This document shows, in pieces, positions 1 through 12,536 of a stretch of DNA of 64,000 nucleotides (the stretch's first letter is position 1; each line of letters begins with the position of its first letter). The position numbers and the translations under genes are program-made. Below the pieces are notes generated by a model. That model searched no databases, was not told where the DNA came from, and saw nothing but the letters and a program-made list of their open reading frames with translations. This DNA is from an uncultured delta proteobacterium (GTDB taxonomy: Bacteria; Desulfobacterota; Binatia; Binatales; Binataceae): positions 192,001 to 256,000 of the forward strand of contig CAVRVY010000002.1 in NCBI GenBank assembly GCA_963724765.1, given 5' to 3'.

Positions 1-375
1 CAGGTCCATCGCCGTTTTCATCCCGATGTAGTCGGTGAGAAAGCTGGCCAGGAAATCGGTGAGCGCACGTATGATGAACACGGCCAGAATCGCGAGACTC
101 AGCAGATGCAGCCGGTGTATGGTGAGCGGGTTGGTGGCCTTGAGCGCCGAGAGGGAGTTGATGGTCTCCTTGATCAGGTAAGGAATGGCGCCGTTGGCCG
201 CGCTGAGCACCAGCATCGCCAACACCGCCAGGGTTAGATCCGGAAAAATATAGGGTCGCGCGTAACCGAGCAGGCGCTTGTAAATCGCCATGTAGCGGCT
301 TTTTTCTTCCTGTTCCTCGGCCGGGCGCCACCAGAGCAGGGTTTCGCTGATCCCGCGCCAGAATTTGTTACTCAT
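1..375 (-). CDS. ABC transporter permease/ATP-binding protein, MsbA-like (5' part, runs off the window)
   Basis: Manual translation MSNKFW...MAIYKRLLGYARPY...VLSAANGAIPYLIK...FIIRALTDFLASFLTDYIGMK matches an ABC-TM1 N-terminus; AAGGAG RBS before ATG at 375. Confidence 0.7.
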   Translation of the reverse strand, partial: MSNKFWRGISETLLWWRPAEEQEEKSRYMAIYKRLLGYARPYIFPDLTLAVLAMLVLSAANGAIPYLIKETINSLSALKATNPLTIHRLHLLSLAILAVFIIRALTDFLASFLTDYIGMKTAMDL

Positions 376-502
376 CGGCTCCTTGCGCGCCGCTGTTGGC
401 GCGACTACGCGGCTTGCCCAGCACCCCCAAATCAGGGGCGCACGGCCGCGCTCGTTTAATATATTGTATATGTTGTGCCCGGTTGAAACCGGGGATATCA
501 GT

Positions 503-1465
503 CTAGCGGAAATAGTTCTCAAGCTCAGGCTTCGTACGGTCGCCGCGGACGATCCGTCCGCTGAGCGCCCGCACCACCGACATCGGCAGGAACGTACGCA
601 GCCAGCGCGACGCGGCGCGGACCTGGAACGGCCCATAGCGCATCGCACAGGCAAACGCGCGGCGCGCGCGCAGTTTGTCGCCGTCGCGCAGGGCAACTAG
701 TCCCGCGTAGCCCCAGGCCGAGACGAAGGCGTTGCTCGACTCGCGGATCAGCCGCTGTCCGGCCTCGCCATAACGCTCCGACACCAGCCGCCCGAAGACG
801 CGGTAGCCCTTGGCGTACTTCATCATCCGCTCGCTCGGCGGAGTGGTGCGATACCTCACCAGGCGCTGCGGCACATAAGCGAAATCGCCCTGCTCGCGCA
901 TCACCAGCCACATGTACGGGTCCTCGAAGCCGGGCCTGGTGAAGCTCTCGTCGAAACCGCGCGCGTGCTCAAAGGCGCTGCGGCGCATTACCGCCGCGCT
1001 GGTCAGGATCGGCCACCAGCGCGTCAGCAACTCCTCCATCGAGGGGGCGTGCGCGGTGTACTCGTCGATGAAGTTGACGTCGAGTTCGTGGTCGTAGTCG
1101 TCCACCGGCACCACGTCGCAAAACGCCAGCGCTACCGACGGGGCCGCATCCAGCTCAGCCGTCAGGGTTTTGAGCATCACAGGCAGCAACACATCGTCGG
1201 CGTCGAGGAAGGTGAAGTACTCGGAGTCGGGGCTGGCGGCCGCGGCGCCGGCGTTGCGGGCGGCGGAAGGTCCTCGGTTACGCTGGCGCAGAACCTTTAT
1301 CTGCTCGCCATAAGAACCCAGGATACGCGGGGTCGCGTCGGTCGAGCCGTCGTCGACGACGATAACCTCGGGGCGTTCGCAATCCTGCCCGAGCGCGCTG
1401 TCGACGGTTCGCCGAATAGTGGCGACGCCGTTTCGCACCGGGATGATGACCGAGACTCGGCTCAT
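503..1465 (-). CDS. Glycosyltransferase family 2
   Basis: VSVIIPVRN, VVDDGSTD, GPSAARNAG, FLDADD motifs; start placed at MSRVSV. Confidence 0.9.
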   Translation of the reverse strand: MSRVSVIIPVRNGVATIRRTVDSALGQDCERPEVIVVDDGSTDATPRILGSYGEQIKVLRQRNRGPSAARNAGAAAASPDSEYFTFLDADDVLLPVMLKTLTAELDAAPSVALAFCDVVPVDDYDHELDVNFIDEYTAHAPSMEELLTRWWPILTSAAVMRRSAFEHARGFDESFTRPGFEDPYMWLVMREQGDFAYVPQRLVRYRTTPPSERMMKYAKGYRVFGRLVSERYGEAGQRLIRESSNAFVSAWGYAGLVALRDGDKLRARRAFACAMRYGPFQVRAASRWLRTFLPMSVVRALSGRIVRGDRTKPELENYFR

Positions 1466-1538
1466 GGCCACATAACTACCATTTCCGCGCGCATACAACC
1501 AATAATGCGCGCCGACGTTTGTTGGAAACCAATCTCCC

Positions 1539-2447
1539 TCAAAGTCTCGCTGCAATTCGCTCCGCGCGCGCCACAGACGGCTCTTTCCAGGCCGACAGGT
1601 CGCGGCCCAACAGTTCCTCCAGCGCTTCGACCTCGGGCGTGAAAAAGCTTCTGAGCCGCGCTTCGGTTTGCGCAGCCAGCGCTGCGAACGGTCCGCCTCC
1701 GCCAAAGCAAAATCGCCACAACCCCAGGCGCTCGAGCCGTTGCACGGCGCCGTCGGCGCGCATCGACTTGAGCCGGATCCGCAAGCGCCACGCCCGATAG
1801 GCTACGGAGGGAATTCGGCAATCAAAATTGGCCTCGTTGCGCATCAGATGGGCGGCCACCTCGGGCGTGATGACGACCGATGGCAGGCCAAGGAAGCCGA
1901 GCAACGAGTCGGCAAAGCGTTGCGGGTCCTCCACCAGGTCGTCGTAGAGAAACACGCCCACGTTGGCGGCGCCGAAGCGCTCGCGCCACGCGCGCAGATG
2001 AAACGCGTAGCTGTTGGCCTCGCGCAGTTGGGGTTCGACGCCGTTGACGATCTCGTCCTCGAAATCCGCGCGAATCCGCCCCTCGCGATGCAACACACGG
2101 TACCACGACCAGGCGCGCGTCACCGGATCGCGCAGCGTGCAGACGATTTTACATCCCGGCAAATCGCGTGCGATTCGCTCGCGCACCTGGGGCAGGCTGA
2201 AATAGGTCGGGGTTACCTCGCCGGCCATCGCTTCGCCGGAGCAGCGCCGGAAGTAAGCGCGATACCAGTCGAGCCCCTGGTGATAGAACATGTCGAAGAA
2301 ATGCGTTTCCTTGGTGCGCTCCGGCAGGCAAGCGCGATGGTACAACACGCCATGCAGCCAGGTGGTGCCAGTGCGCGGCGGTCCCACCAACAGAAACTCG
2401 GGCAGTCGGCCGACGCTGCGGCTGCGCGACTTATCGCTTGCGAACAA
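1539..2447 (-). CDS. Sulfotransferase (PAPS-dependent)
   Basis: PEFLLVGPPRTGTTWL 5'-PSB loop, KETHFF, GEVTPTY, LRDPVTRAWS 3'-PB motif. Confidence 0.88.
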   Translation of the reverse strand: MFASDKSRSRSVGRLPEFLLVGPPRTGTTWLHGVLYHRACLPERTKETHFFDMFYHQGLDWYRAYFRRCSGEAMAGEVTPTYFSLPQVRERIARDLPGCKIVCTLRDPVTRAWSWYRVLHREGRIRADFEDEIVNGVEPQLREANSYAFHLRAWRERFGAANVGVFLYDDLVEDPQRFADSLLGFLGLPSVVITPEVAAHLMRNEANFDCRIPSVAYRAWRLRIRLKSMRADGAVQRLERLGLWRFCFGGGGPFAALAAQTEARLRSFFTPEVEALEELLGRDLSAWKEPSVARAERIAARL

Positions 2448-2615
2448 CTACGGTTCCCCCGCCTTGGTCGGATCCTGTGCGCGCTCTGCCAATCCTTTCT
2501 GTGGCTCGGCTTAACCTTGCTCGATCGTCACCGACCGGCGGCGATTTTAGCGTCTTTGCCTGTCGCCTGAAACCGCCCGACGCTAATGGCGTGCGCGCGA
2601 GAATTTCCACGGCGC

Positions 2616-3521
2616 CTACATTTCGGAAGCGCCGGAACCTGGGGCTCCGCCTGGTTTTTTCCACGCCGACAGATCGCGCCCCAGCATCGTTTCGAGCGCT
2701 TCCACCTCGGGCCGAAAGCGCTCGCGCAGGCGCCGATCGAGTGCGGGGTCGAGCGGACCGAATTCGCCGCCGCCGCGAAAGCTGAAGCGCCATACGCCGG
2801 CCTTGCGCAGCATCGTGATCGCGGCACCGGCCCTGTGCTCCTGGAGCCATCGTCGCAGCCGCCAGGCCTGCTCGGCGAGCAGCGCGATACGCGGGCCGCG
2901 CGTCACGCTGTTGACCCGTTTGCCCAGCAGCGGCGAATTCGCAAGCGCGATCGGCGCTATCCCGATGAAGCCGCAGATCGTGTCCAGGAAGTGCTGCGGC
3001 GCGCTCTCCAGATCGTCGTAAAACGCCACCAACACGCGTTCGGCGCCGAACCGTTCGCGCCAACGGCCAAGATAGTGTGCGTAACGGCTGCCCTCGGTCG
3101 CAGGTGTGGCGCTCTCCACCAGCTCCTCCATCGTCGCCCGCGTCCATCCGTTGTGCCGCATCAGCCGGTAAAAAGAGTACAGCCGATCGACCGGATCGCG
3201 CAGCGTGCAGATGATTCGGCATTCTGGAATATGGCGCGCGATCCGCTCGGGCGCTTCGGGTGCGGCGAAGTAGTTAGGGGAAATTTCGCCCATCGGGAGA
3301 TCGGCCGTGTAATCGCGGAAGAACTCCAGGTACCACTCCATCCCCTTGGCGTAGTGGGCCGAGAAGAAGTCAGTTTCCTTGGTGTCGCGCGGCAGCCCAA
3401 CGTGTCCGCCCAGCGCTCGATAGAGCCAGGTGGTGCCGGTGCGCGGCGGCCCGACGGCGATAAAGTCGGGCAGGCGCACGCCTGCCGCCTGTTTCGGAGT
3501 CGCAGCCAAGCCGGGTTTCAT
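2616..3521 (-). CDS. Sulfotransferase (paralog of 1539..2447)
   Basis: PDFIAVGPPRTGTTWL, KETDFF, GEISPNY, LRDPVDRLYS. Confidence 0.88.
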   Translation of the reverse strand: MKPGLAATPKQAAGVRLPDFIAVGPPRTGTTWLYRALGGHVGLPRDTKETDFFSAHYAKGMEWYLEFFRDYTADLPMGEISPNYFAAPEAPERIARHIPECRIICTLRDPVDRLYSFYRLMRHNGWTRATMEELVESATPATEGSRYAHYLGRWRERFGAERVLVAFYDDLESAPQHFLDTICGFIGIAPIALANSPLLGKRVNSVTRGPRIALLAEQAWRLRRWLQEHRAGAAITMLRKAGVWRFSFRGGGEFGPLDPALDRRLRERFRPEVEALETMLGRDLSAWKKPGGAPGSGASEM

Positions 3522-3562
3522 CTCAATGTTTCGACGTGTCCGCGCGGTAAGGCTTCGGCCAA

Positions 3563-3868
3563 TCAAGCCTCGATCAGAATGTCGTCGCCGTCCACCCGCA
3601 CGGCGAAGCAGGCGACCTTGACGCTGGGATCGTCGACGCTTTGTCCGTTGGTGACGTTGTATTCCCACCCGTGCCACGGACATACCACCGTCGTCCCCAT
3701 CAGGTCGCCTTCGCCCAGCGGGCCGCCGCGATGGCGGCAGGCATTATCGATCGCGTAGAACTGACCGCCCGCGTTGAACAGCGCGATCTTACGCCCGCCG
3801 GCCTCGACCGTCTTGCCGCTGCCATCAGGAATTTCGCCACGCTGTGCGACTTTCACGAAGTTTGCCAC
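3563..3868 (-). CDS. Rieske [2Fe-2S] ferredoxin (NirD-like)
   Basis: CRHRGGPL...CPWHGWEY Rieske motifs; start uncertain (GTG 3868 or 3898). Confidence 0.88.
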   Translation of the reverse strand: MANFVKVAQRGEIPDGSGKTVEAGGRKIALFNAGGQFYAIDNACRHRGGPLGEGDLMGTTVVCPWHGWEYNVTNGQSVDDPSVKVACFAVRVDGDDILIEA

Positions 3869-3961
3869 GCGCCCGCTTGCCTCCGTCTCTGCGCGCAAAT
3901 TCTATTGGCCAGGCACCCGGCGATGCAACTTAGGGCGGTCCCCCGCTCCGGCCCGCGCTCC

Positions 3962-5161
3962 TTACGTCGTATACTCGGCGTTGATCTTCACGTAGTCGTA
4001 GCTGAAGTCGCAGGTCACGATGCTCGCGCGGGCCTTGCCGAGTTTCAGATCGATCGTCAGGCCGAATTCGGGGTCTTTCATCCGGGCCGCCGCGGCCGCC
4101 AGCGCATCGGTGTGCAGTGCGCCATGGCTGGCGATACGGATTCCGGCCATCCGCACTTCGAGCCGCTCGAGGTCGAGCGCGACGCCCGCCTTGCCGGCCG
4201 CCATCACGATTCGTCCGAAATTCGGATCGCATCCGAAGAACGCGGTTTTGACCAACGGCGAGTTGGCGATCTGCCGCGCGATCCGATCCGCGTCGGCAGC
4301 GTTGCGCGCTCCCCGCACCTCGATCGTGACCAGCTTGGTCGCGCCCTCGCCGTCGCGCACCAGCTCGCGCGCGAGCGCGCCCGCAACCGCCGTGACCGCT
4401 TCGCCGAAAGCGACCAGCTCGCGCCCATCTAGCGCGCGCTTCGCGGCGGCGGCGCCGCTTGCCATCAGGAGCAGCGTGTCGTTGGTCGACATGTCGCCGT
4501 CCACGGTAATCGCGTTGAAGCTTTCGGGCAGTGCGCGCTTGAGCGTGCGCTTGAGCTCGGACGTGCCCACCGCGGCGTCCGTCATGACGAAGGCGAGCAT
4601 CGTCGCCATTTTCGGCTCGACCATTCCCGCACCCTTCGCGCATCCCGCCACCGTCACTTCTGCGCCGCCGAGCTTAAGCCGCGCCGAGGCTACCTTGGGA
4701 TGCGTGTCGGTGGTCATGATCGCGCGCGCGAAATCCTCCAACGCGGCGGGCGAGAGCGCGGCGACCGCGTCGCGAATCCCGCCGCGGTATTTCTCGAGAT
4801 CGTAGAGATGTCCGATGACGCCGGTCGAGCATGGCGCCACCAGCTCTGGCGCGCATCCGATTCCCGCCGCCAGCGCCGCGCATGAGTCCCGCGCGAGCTT
4901 AATTCCGGCCTTGCCGGTGAAGCAGTTGGCCGATCCCGAGTTGGCGGCGACCGCCTGCAGGCGGCCGCGCCGGATGCGTTCCTGGGTGACGAGGACCGGG
5001 GCGGCCTTGACCCGGTTGGTGGTGAAGACGCCCGCCGCGGCGACCGGACGGTCGGCCACGATCACGCCGAGATCCTTGCGTGCCGGCTCCTTGCGCAGTC
5101 CGGCGGCGACGCCGGCGAAGCGAAAGCCTTTTACCACTCGCGGTTCCAAGGTCAGGTCCAT
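3962..5161 (-). CDS. argJ: Bifunctional ornithine acetyltransferase / N-acetylglutamate synthase
   Basis: NSGSANCFTG, KGAGMVEPKMATML, DGDMSTNDT, DGEGATK, C-terminal YVKINAEYTT. Confidence 0.96.
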   Translation of the reverse strand: MDLTLEPRVVKGFRFAGVAAGLRKEPARKDLGVIVADRPVAAAGVFTTNRVKAAPVLVTQERIRRGRLQAVAANSGSANCFTGKAGIKLARDSCAALAAGIGCAPELVAPCSTGVIGHLYDLEKYRGGIRDAVAALSPAALEDFARAIMTTDTHPKVASARLKLGGAEVTVAGCAKGAGMVEPKMATMLAFVMTDAAVGTSELKRTLKRALPESFNAITVDGDMSTNDTLLLMASGAAAAKRALDGRELVAFGEAVTAVAGALARELVRDGEGATKLVTIEVRGARNAADADRIARQIANSPLVKTAFFGCDPNFGRIVMAAGKAGVALDLERLEVRMAGIRIASHGALHTDALAAAAARMKDPEFGLTIDLKLGKARASIVTCDFSYDYVKINAEYTT

Positions 5162-5335
5162 CAGGGATACGCCTCCGACGGCGATTTATACGCGGCGCCT
5201 TAGCAGCGGCGCAAGCGACGCGCACTTGAGGCGGCCAACGCGCGCGGTCGGCGCGAGCTCGAATTGTATGACCGGGGTTTCTCCGCCCCCCTCCACCAAA
5301 ACTGCGAGTGCTGTTAAACGCGGGAAAAAAGATCC

Positions 5336-5443
5336 ATCGCTTCGCGGAGATCCTTCGCCGACGCTCAGGATGACAGAAAGAGGAGCCTTTTTGCTGTCAT
5401 CCTGAACGAAGGTTGCCGAAGTGAAGGATCGACGCGAAGCGAT
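5336..5443. repeat. Extended intergenic palindrome (REP-like element)
   Basis: Nested inverted arms ATCGCTTCGC/GCGAAGCGAT, GATCCTTC/GAAGGATC, TCAGGATGACAG/CTGTCATCCTGA. Confidence 0.7.
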
Positions 5444-5511
5444 TTTTGTTTATCGACATCCTCAGACTGCGGGTAGGGGACCAAGAGAACGGTGCGCAAA
5501 AGAGGATCAGA

Positions 5512-8202
<2,691 letters not shown>

Positions 8203-8278
8203 TTCGTACGAACCAATATAGCGGGAGCTGCGGGCGCCGGTCGATGCGCACTCTGATGCCTAGATTCTACCTCAGCGC

Positions 8279-8330
8279 CGGACAATTTTCAGCGCGGAAC
8301 AATTTTTCAACGCGGAACAATTTTTCAACG
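8279..8330. repeat. Tandem repeat of about 18 bp (2 exact copies + 1 degenerate) at the murI stop / secA upstream region
   Basis: CGGACAATTTTCAGCG CGGAACAATTTTTCAACG CGGAACAATTTTTCAACG. Confidence 0.8.
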
Positions 8331-9347
8331 TTCGATCCGCACGGCCGAATCGACCTGCGGTCCGAGGAAGCGCCGCCCCACCCGGATGAAGCGGTCGGGC
8401 GTTTCAGTCACGAAGAAGCTCTGCGCGCCGCGCCCTTCGCGCCGCGCCAGCTCAAGTGTGCCGAGGCGCTTGTGCACGGCTGCGGCGGTGGCGGTCGCCG
8501 AGTCGACCAGCCGGACTCCCCCGCCGAGCACTCGCGCGAACATCGCGCTCAGCAGCGGATAGTGCGTGCAGCCCAGCAGCAGCGTGTCGATGCCGCTCTG
8601 CTTGAGGCTTTCCAGGTAATAGGCGACCGTGCGCTCCGCCACCTCGCCCTCGGTCCATCCCTCCTCGACCAGCGTCACCAGCAGCGGGCAGGGGCGGGTG
8701 TAAATCTCCACCCCGGGGCGCATCCGCTGCAGAGCGCGGGTGTAAGCACCCGAGGCGATCGTCGCCTCGGTGCCGATCACTCCGATCTTGCCCGAGCGCG
8801 TCGCGCGGAGCGCCGCTTGCGCGCCGGGCTCGATCACTCCGGCCACCGGCACCACTGTCTCGCGCGCGATATCGTCGAGCGCCACGGCGCTCGCCGTGTT
8901 GCACGCGACCACCAGCATCTTGATGCCCTTGGCAAGGAGGAAGCCGGTGTTCTCGCGCGAGTACTGCACGATCACCTCGCGCGACTTAGTGCCGTAGGGC
9001 AACCGCGCAGTGTCGCCGAGGTAGATGAAGTCCTCGTGCGGCAGCAATTCGACCAGCGCCTTGAGCACGGTGAGGCCGCCGATGCCCGAGTCGAAGACGC
9101 CGATCGGCCGTGCGCGGTTGTCGGCCGCGGCGCGGCCGACCGGCCGCGCTCGCTCCGCGCTGCTCACCTTCCCGTTGCCCGCGGCGAGCGCCGCCGCCGC
9201 TTCGGCGGCGGCGCTCGCCGCGGGCACGCGCCGCCGTGCCGTGCGCGGCAATCGGGGAGAGGCCGGCGGCGCTTCGCCGCCGGCCTCTCCCCGATTACCA
9301 CGGCCGCGGCGGTGCCCGCCGTGTCCATTCGTGCCGCGCGTGGCCAT
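8325..9347 (-). CDS. murI: Glutamate racemase, possibly with a low-complexity N-terminal extension
   Basis: IGVFDSGIGGLTV, PYGTK, VACNTAS, LGCTHYP; ATG at 9347 overlaps the upstream stop (TGATG). Confidence 0.93.
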   Translation of the reverse strand: MATRGTNGHGGHRRGRGNRGEAGGEAPPASPRLPRTARRRVPAASAAAEAAAALAAGNGKVSSAERARPVGRAAADNRARPIGVFDSGIGGLTVLKALVELLPHEDFIYLGDTARLPYGTKSREVIVQYSRENTGFLLAKGIKMLVVACNTASAVALDDIARETVVPVAGVIEPGAQAALRATRSGKIGVIGTEATIASGAYTRALQRMRPGVEIYTRPCPLLVTLVEEGWTEGEVAERTVAYYLESLKQSGIDTLLLGCTHYPLLSAMFARVLGGGVRLVDSATATAAAVHKRLGTLELARREGRGAQSFFVTETPDRFIRVGRRFLGPQVDSAVRIER

Positions 9348-10441
9348 CAGCGTCCCGCCAGCGCCGCGCCCAGCGCCGCCGCTGGCGGGGGCGCCTGGCC
9401 CAGCACGCGCCGATGGATACTCGGCGGCTCCATGCACAGGTAGCGCATGATTGCGGGACTGGCGGCGGCTATACGCTGCTGAAGCGCCCGCAACAGGCCC
9501 GCGCGGAGCGGCGTGAAGGTGCGATAGCGCCCGTCGGGGGCCAGCACCTCTTCGCCGCATAACAGGGGGTCGTGCGGATGACGCCGGCGCGCGGCGGTGC
9601 GCAGCGCCGGCGTCATCCGCAGGCCGCCCAGGCTGATGAACGCGATACGCGCGGGCGAAATCGTGTCGAACAGGTCGGCGAGCAGCGTCAGGTAGTCGCG
9701 CTCGGCGTCGGGGTAGGCGATTACCGGGTCGAGATGAAAGCCAACCTTGTAACCGGCCTCCAGGACGCGGCGGGCTGCCGCGAGGCGGGCCGTCGGCGAG
9801 GCCGTGCGCTTCTCGGAGCTTGAAAAAACGTGCGGCGGCGATAGCGTCCACGACACCAGCGTCCGTCCGCGGGGATCGACCGTCAGCAGGTTGTCGATTT
9901 CATCGGTCTTGGTCTTGAGCTCGAGCAGAAGACCATCGCGCGAGGCGCAAAACTCGACCAGGTCGCGGCTGATCCCGGTCATCCGGTCGAAAGCGAGCGA
10001 ATCGGCAAGTTCGCCGGTACCCACGCGCAGCGCGCGTCCGGGCGCGCGGCGCCGCGCGCGCTCCAGCTCGTCGAAAGCGTCGGCATAATTGGCGTAGACC
10101 TGAAACCCGGGATTGTCGGCCAGATACTCCTGCAGGAAGCAGTAGCTGCAATCCATCGGACAGTTCGACGCCAGGACCAGCACCAGGTATCCGCAGCAGG
10201 CAAACTCGGAGGAGCCCGCCGGACAGGCCATCAGGAACGGCGCACGCCGATCCATCACGACCATCCGCCGCTTGCCCGCGCCGAAAGGGTCTGCGGCGCC
10301 GGAAGCGGGACGGATAGCGTCGCGGGCGTCGGCGATGAAATTCACCGGCACCGTAGCCGGAACGCGGCTGATGACGCGCGCGGCCAGGGCGCTTTGCTGG
10401 CATCGCTCTTCGATTACGATCTGGTCCAGCTCAAAATTCAT
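9347..10441 (-). CDS. Radical SAM protein, spore photoproduct lyase (SplB)-like
   Basis: NCPMDCSYCFLQ CxxxCxxC, GTGELADSL, LELKTK, GFHLDPVI. Confidence 0.8.
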   Translation of the reverse strand: MNFELDQIVIEERCQQSALAARVISRVPATVPVNFIADARDAIRPASGAADPFGAGKRRMVVMDRRAPFLMACPAGSSEFACCGYLVLVLASNCPMDCSYCFLQEYLADNPGFQVYANYADAFDELERARRRAPGRALRVGTGELADSLAFDRMTGISRDLVEFCASRDGLLLELKTKTDEIDNLLTVDPRGRTLVSWTLSPPHVFSSSEKRTASPTARLAAARRVLEAGYKVGFHLDPVIAYPDAERDYLTLLADLFDTISPARIAFISLGGLRMTPALRTAARRRHPHDPLLCGEEVLAPDGRYRTFTPLRAGLLRALQQRIAAASPAIMRYLCMEPPSIHRRVLGQAPPPAAALGAALAGR

Positions 10442-10472
10442 CGATCGAAAATTCCTGCGGGAAATTCCTGCT

Positions 10473-11009
10473 TCAATTCCGGCCGCCAAGCAGCTCCAGT
10501 ATCCTTTCCACGTCGTCCGCCTTTTCCTTGAGCACCCGCAGCGAGTCTCTAAACTCGGTGCCGCTGTGTACCCGAATCTCGATCCGCAGTTCATCGCTGC
10601 CGAGGTCCTTCGGCAACGCCACGGCAACTGTGCGCGGCAGCTTGAGCGCGGCAACCTCGGCCTTCATCTGTTCAAGCGCACGGCCCAGGCGCGGAAACCG
10701 CATCGCGCGCAACTCGTCGACGAAGGCGCGCGCCCGCGCCGGCACGGGCCCAGCCCCTTCAAGTATCCGTTTGAGCGGCGCGCGGGCAAGCACGGCCGAA
10801 ACCTGTATTCCATCGACCAGCGCGATCTCTTCCAGCATCTCGAGCGCGCCCTGCAATTGCCCGATCCGCAGGCGCAGACGAGCGGCCGCGTCGAGCATCG
10901 CGGCCGCGCTGTATCCATCCAGCGCCAGCCATCGCTCGAGATGGGCGCGGTCGAGCTGGCGCGGTTCGGCCCACGCTCGCACCGTCTTACCGATATCGTC
11001 CTCGCTCAT
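10473..11009 (-). CDS. Hypothetical helical protein
   Basis: 178-aa ORF co-oriented with the SPL-like gene. Confidence 0.65.
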   Translation of the reverse strand: MSEDDIGKTVRAWAEPRQLDRAHLERWLALDGYSAAAMLDAAARLRLRIGQLQGALEMLEEIALVDGIQVSAVLARAPLKRILEGAGPVPARARAFVDELRAMRFPRLGRALEQMKAEVAALKLPRTVAVALPKDLGSDELRIEIRVHSGTEFRDSLRVLKEKADDVERILELLGGRN

Positions 11010-11128
11010 TGATACCCCGCTTTATACGCCCCCGCGATCTCGATACAGAGATGAGGACGACACGGAACTAAAGACATCCCGGAGACCAGGAACCGGTTGC
11101 CGTCGCCGACACCAGCGCTGGAGGAAAC

Positions 11129-11569
11129 ATGGGGAAACGATTGATTATGCCGGGGGCAGTGCTCGTTCTGCTCCTCAATGTCGTCAATATCGTGGCCGCT
11201 CACGCGGGAGATTCGAATAGGTCCGCAGTCAGCCAGGCAACCAAGGCGGCTGACGCATGGCTGAAACTCGTCGACGATGGTGATTACAAGCAAAGCTGGG
11301 AACAGGCCAGCAGCCTTTTGAAAAATGCTATCACAGATGATCAATGGGAGCAGCGGGTGACCGCTGTACGCGAGCCGATAGGTAAGGTTGTCTCGAGAAA
11401 GCTCGAGGCCGCTCACTACTCGACCAGTCTGCCCGGAGCCCCGGACGGAAAATACGTAGTCCTGAAGTACGCCAGCTCCTTCGAGCACAAGAAGTCCGCA
11501 ATGGAAACAGTGACCCCGATGCTGGACCAGGACGGCGAGTGGCACGTGTCCGGATATTACATCAAGTAA
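11129..11569 (+). CDS. Secreted DUF4019-like protein
   Basis: Signal peptide; AWLKLVDDGDY..SW, LPGAPDGKY, ETVTPMLDQDGEWHVSGYYIK; GGAGG RBS. Confidence 0.8.
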   Translation: MGKRLIMPGAVLVLLLNVVNIVAAHAGDSNRSAVSQATKAADAWLKLVDDGDYKQSWEQASSLLKNAITDDQWEQRVTAVREPIGKVVSRKLEAAHYSTSLPGAPDGKYVVLKYASSFEHKKSAMETVTPMLDQDGEWHVSGYYIK

Positions 11570-12536
11570 GCGCATGCGGGTCCGCAGCCGGCTGCGTCCC
11601 CGAAGCGACCGAAGCCGCTGATGTTTCCCAACGCTTGAGTATCGCGCGCATTCGCGCGCACGCGGCCTCAAGCGCCGCGTCAGGCGCGCCGGACCATCGT
11701 TGCAGCGCCGATCGCGCTGTCTCGGCGAAAAAGGCGGCGGCGTCGTGACGACCACGGCGCGCCAGCCCCTTGCCATAGACGAGACATTTCCCGGCCATCG
11801 TTTCCGCCACCGCAACGCGACGGGCGGCGCCGAGCGAGGCGTCTGTGAGCAGCTTCGCCAATGCGAGGATGCGGAAGCGATCGAGCGCCGGGACAGTCGC
11901 CGAGAGCTGTCCGGGATGGCCCGCGCGACGAACCGTCAGCGGTTCGTCGAGCAGGCCGGCCTCGTGGCGGGCCAGGACGCGAAGCCACAGGTCGTAGTCC
12001 TCGCACGCCGCCATATCCTCGTCGAAACCGCCGACCTCGTCGAGCAATTCGCGTCTCAGGATTGCCGCCGACGGACTGATGAGGCAGGTGCGGAGCGAGT
12101 CGATGAAGATATCGCCGGAGCGTTTGCGATGGCGCCGGCCCGGATTGACGCGCCTGCCGTCGCGCATCCATGTCTCGCTGGTCTGCGAGATCGGGCAATC
12201 GGGATTGTTGCGCATGAAGAGGCTCTGGCGCGCGAGCTTTTCGGGCATCCACAGATCATCGGAATCGAGGAATGCGATCAAAGCGCCGCGCGCCACCGCG
12301 ATACCGCGATTGCGGGCCGCCGCTGGCCCATGCCGCTCGGTTCTCAGGGCGCGTAGATCGTTGCGCCCGGCAGACAGTTCGTCCCAGGTGCCGTCGGTCG
12401 AACCGTCGTCGACGACAATTACCTCGAAAGTCGTGTCAAAGTCTTCGCCGCGCTGCGCCGCGACCGAGGACAGCGCCTCGCGTAGCATCGCGCGCCGGTT
12501 GTAGGTTGGAATGATTACACTTATCCCGGGCGTCAT
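11562..12536 (-). CDS. Glycosyltransferase family 2
   Basis: ISVIIPTYNR, VVDDGSTDGT, AFLDSDDLW, EDYDLWLR. Confidence 0.9.
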   Translation of the reverse strand: MTPGISVIIPTYNRRAMLREALSSVAAQRGEDFDTTFEVIVVDDGSTDGTWDELSAGRNDLRALRTERHGPAAARNRGIAVARGALIAFLDSDDLWMPEKLARQSLFMRNNPDCPISQTSETWMRDGRRVNPGRRHRKRSGDIFIDSLRTCLISPSAAILRRELLDEVGGFDEDMAACEDYDLWLRVLARHEAGLLDEPLTVRRAGHPGQLSATVPALDRFRILALAKLLTDASLGAARRVAVAETMAGKCLVYGKGLARRGRHDAAAFFAETARSALQRWSGAPDAALEAACARMRAILKRWETSAASVASGTQPAADPHALT

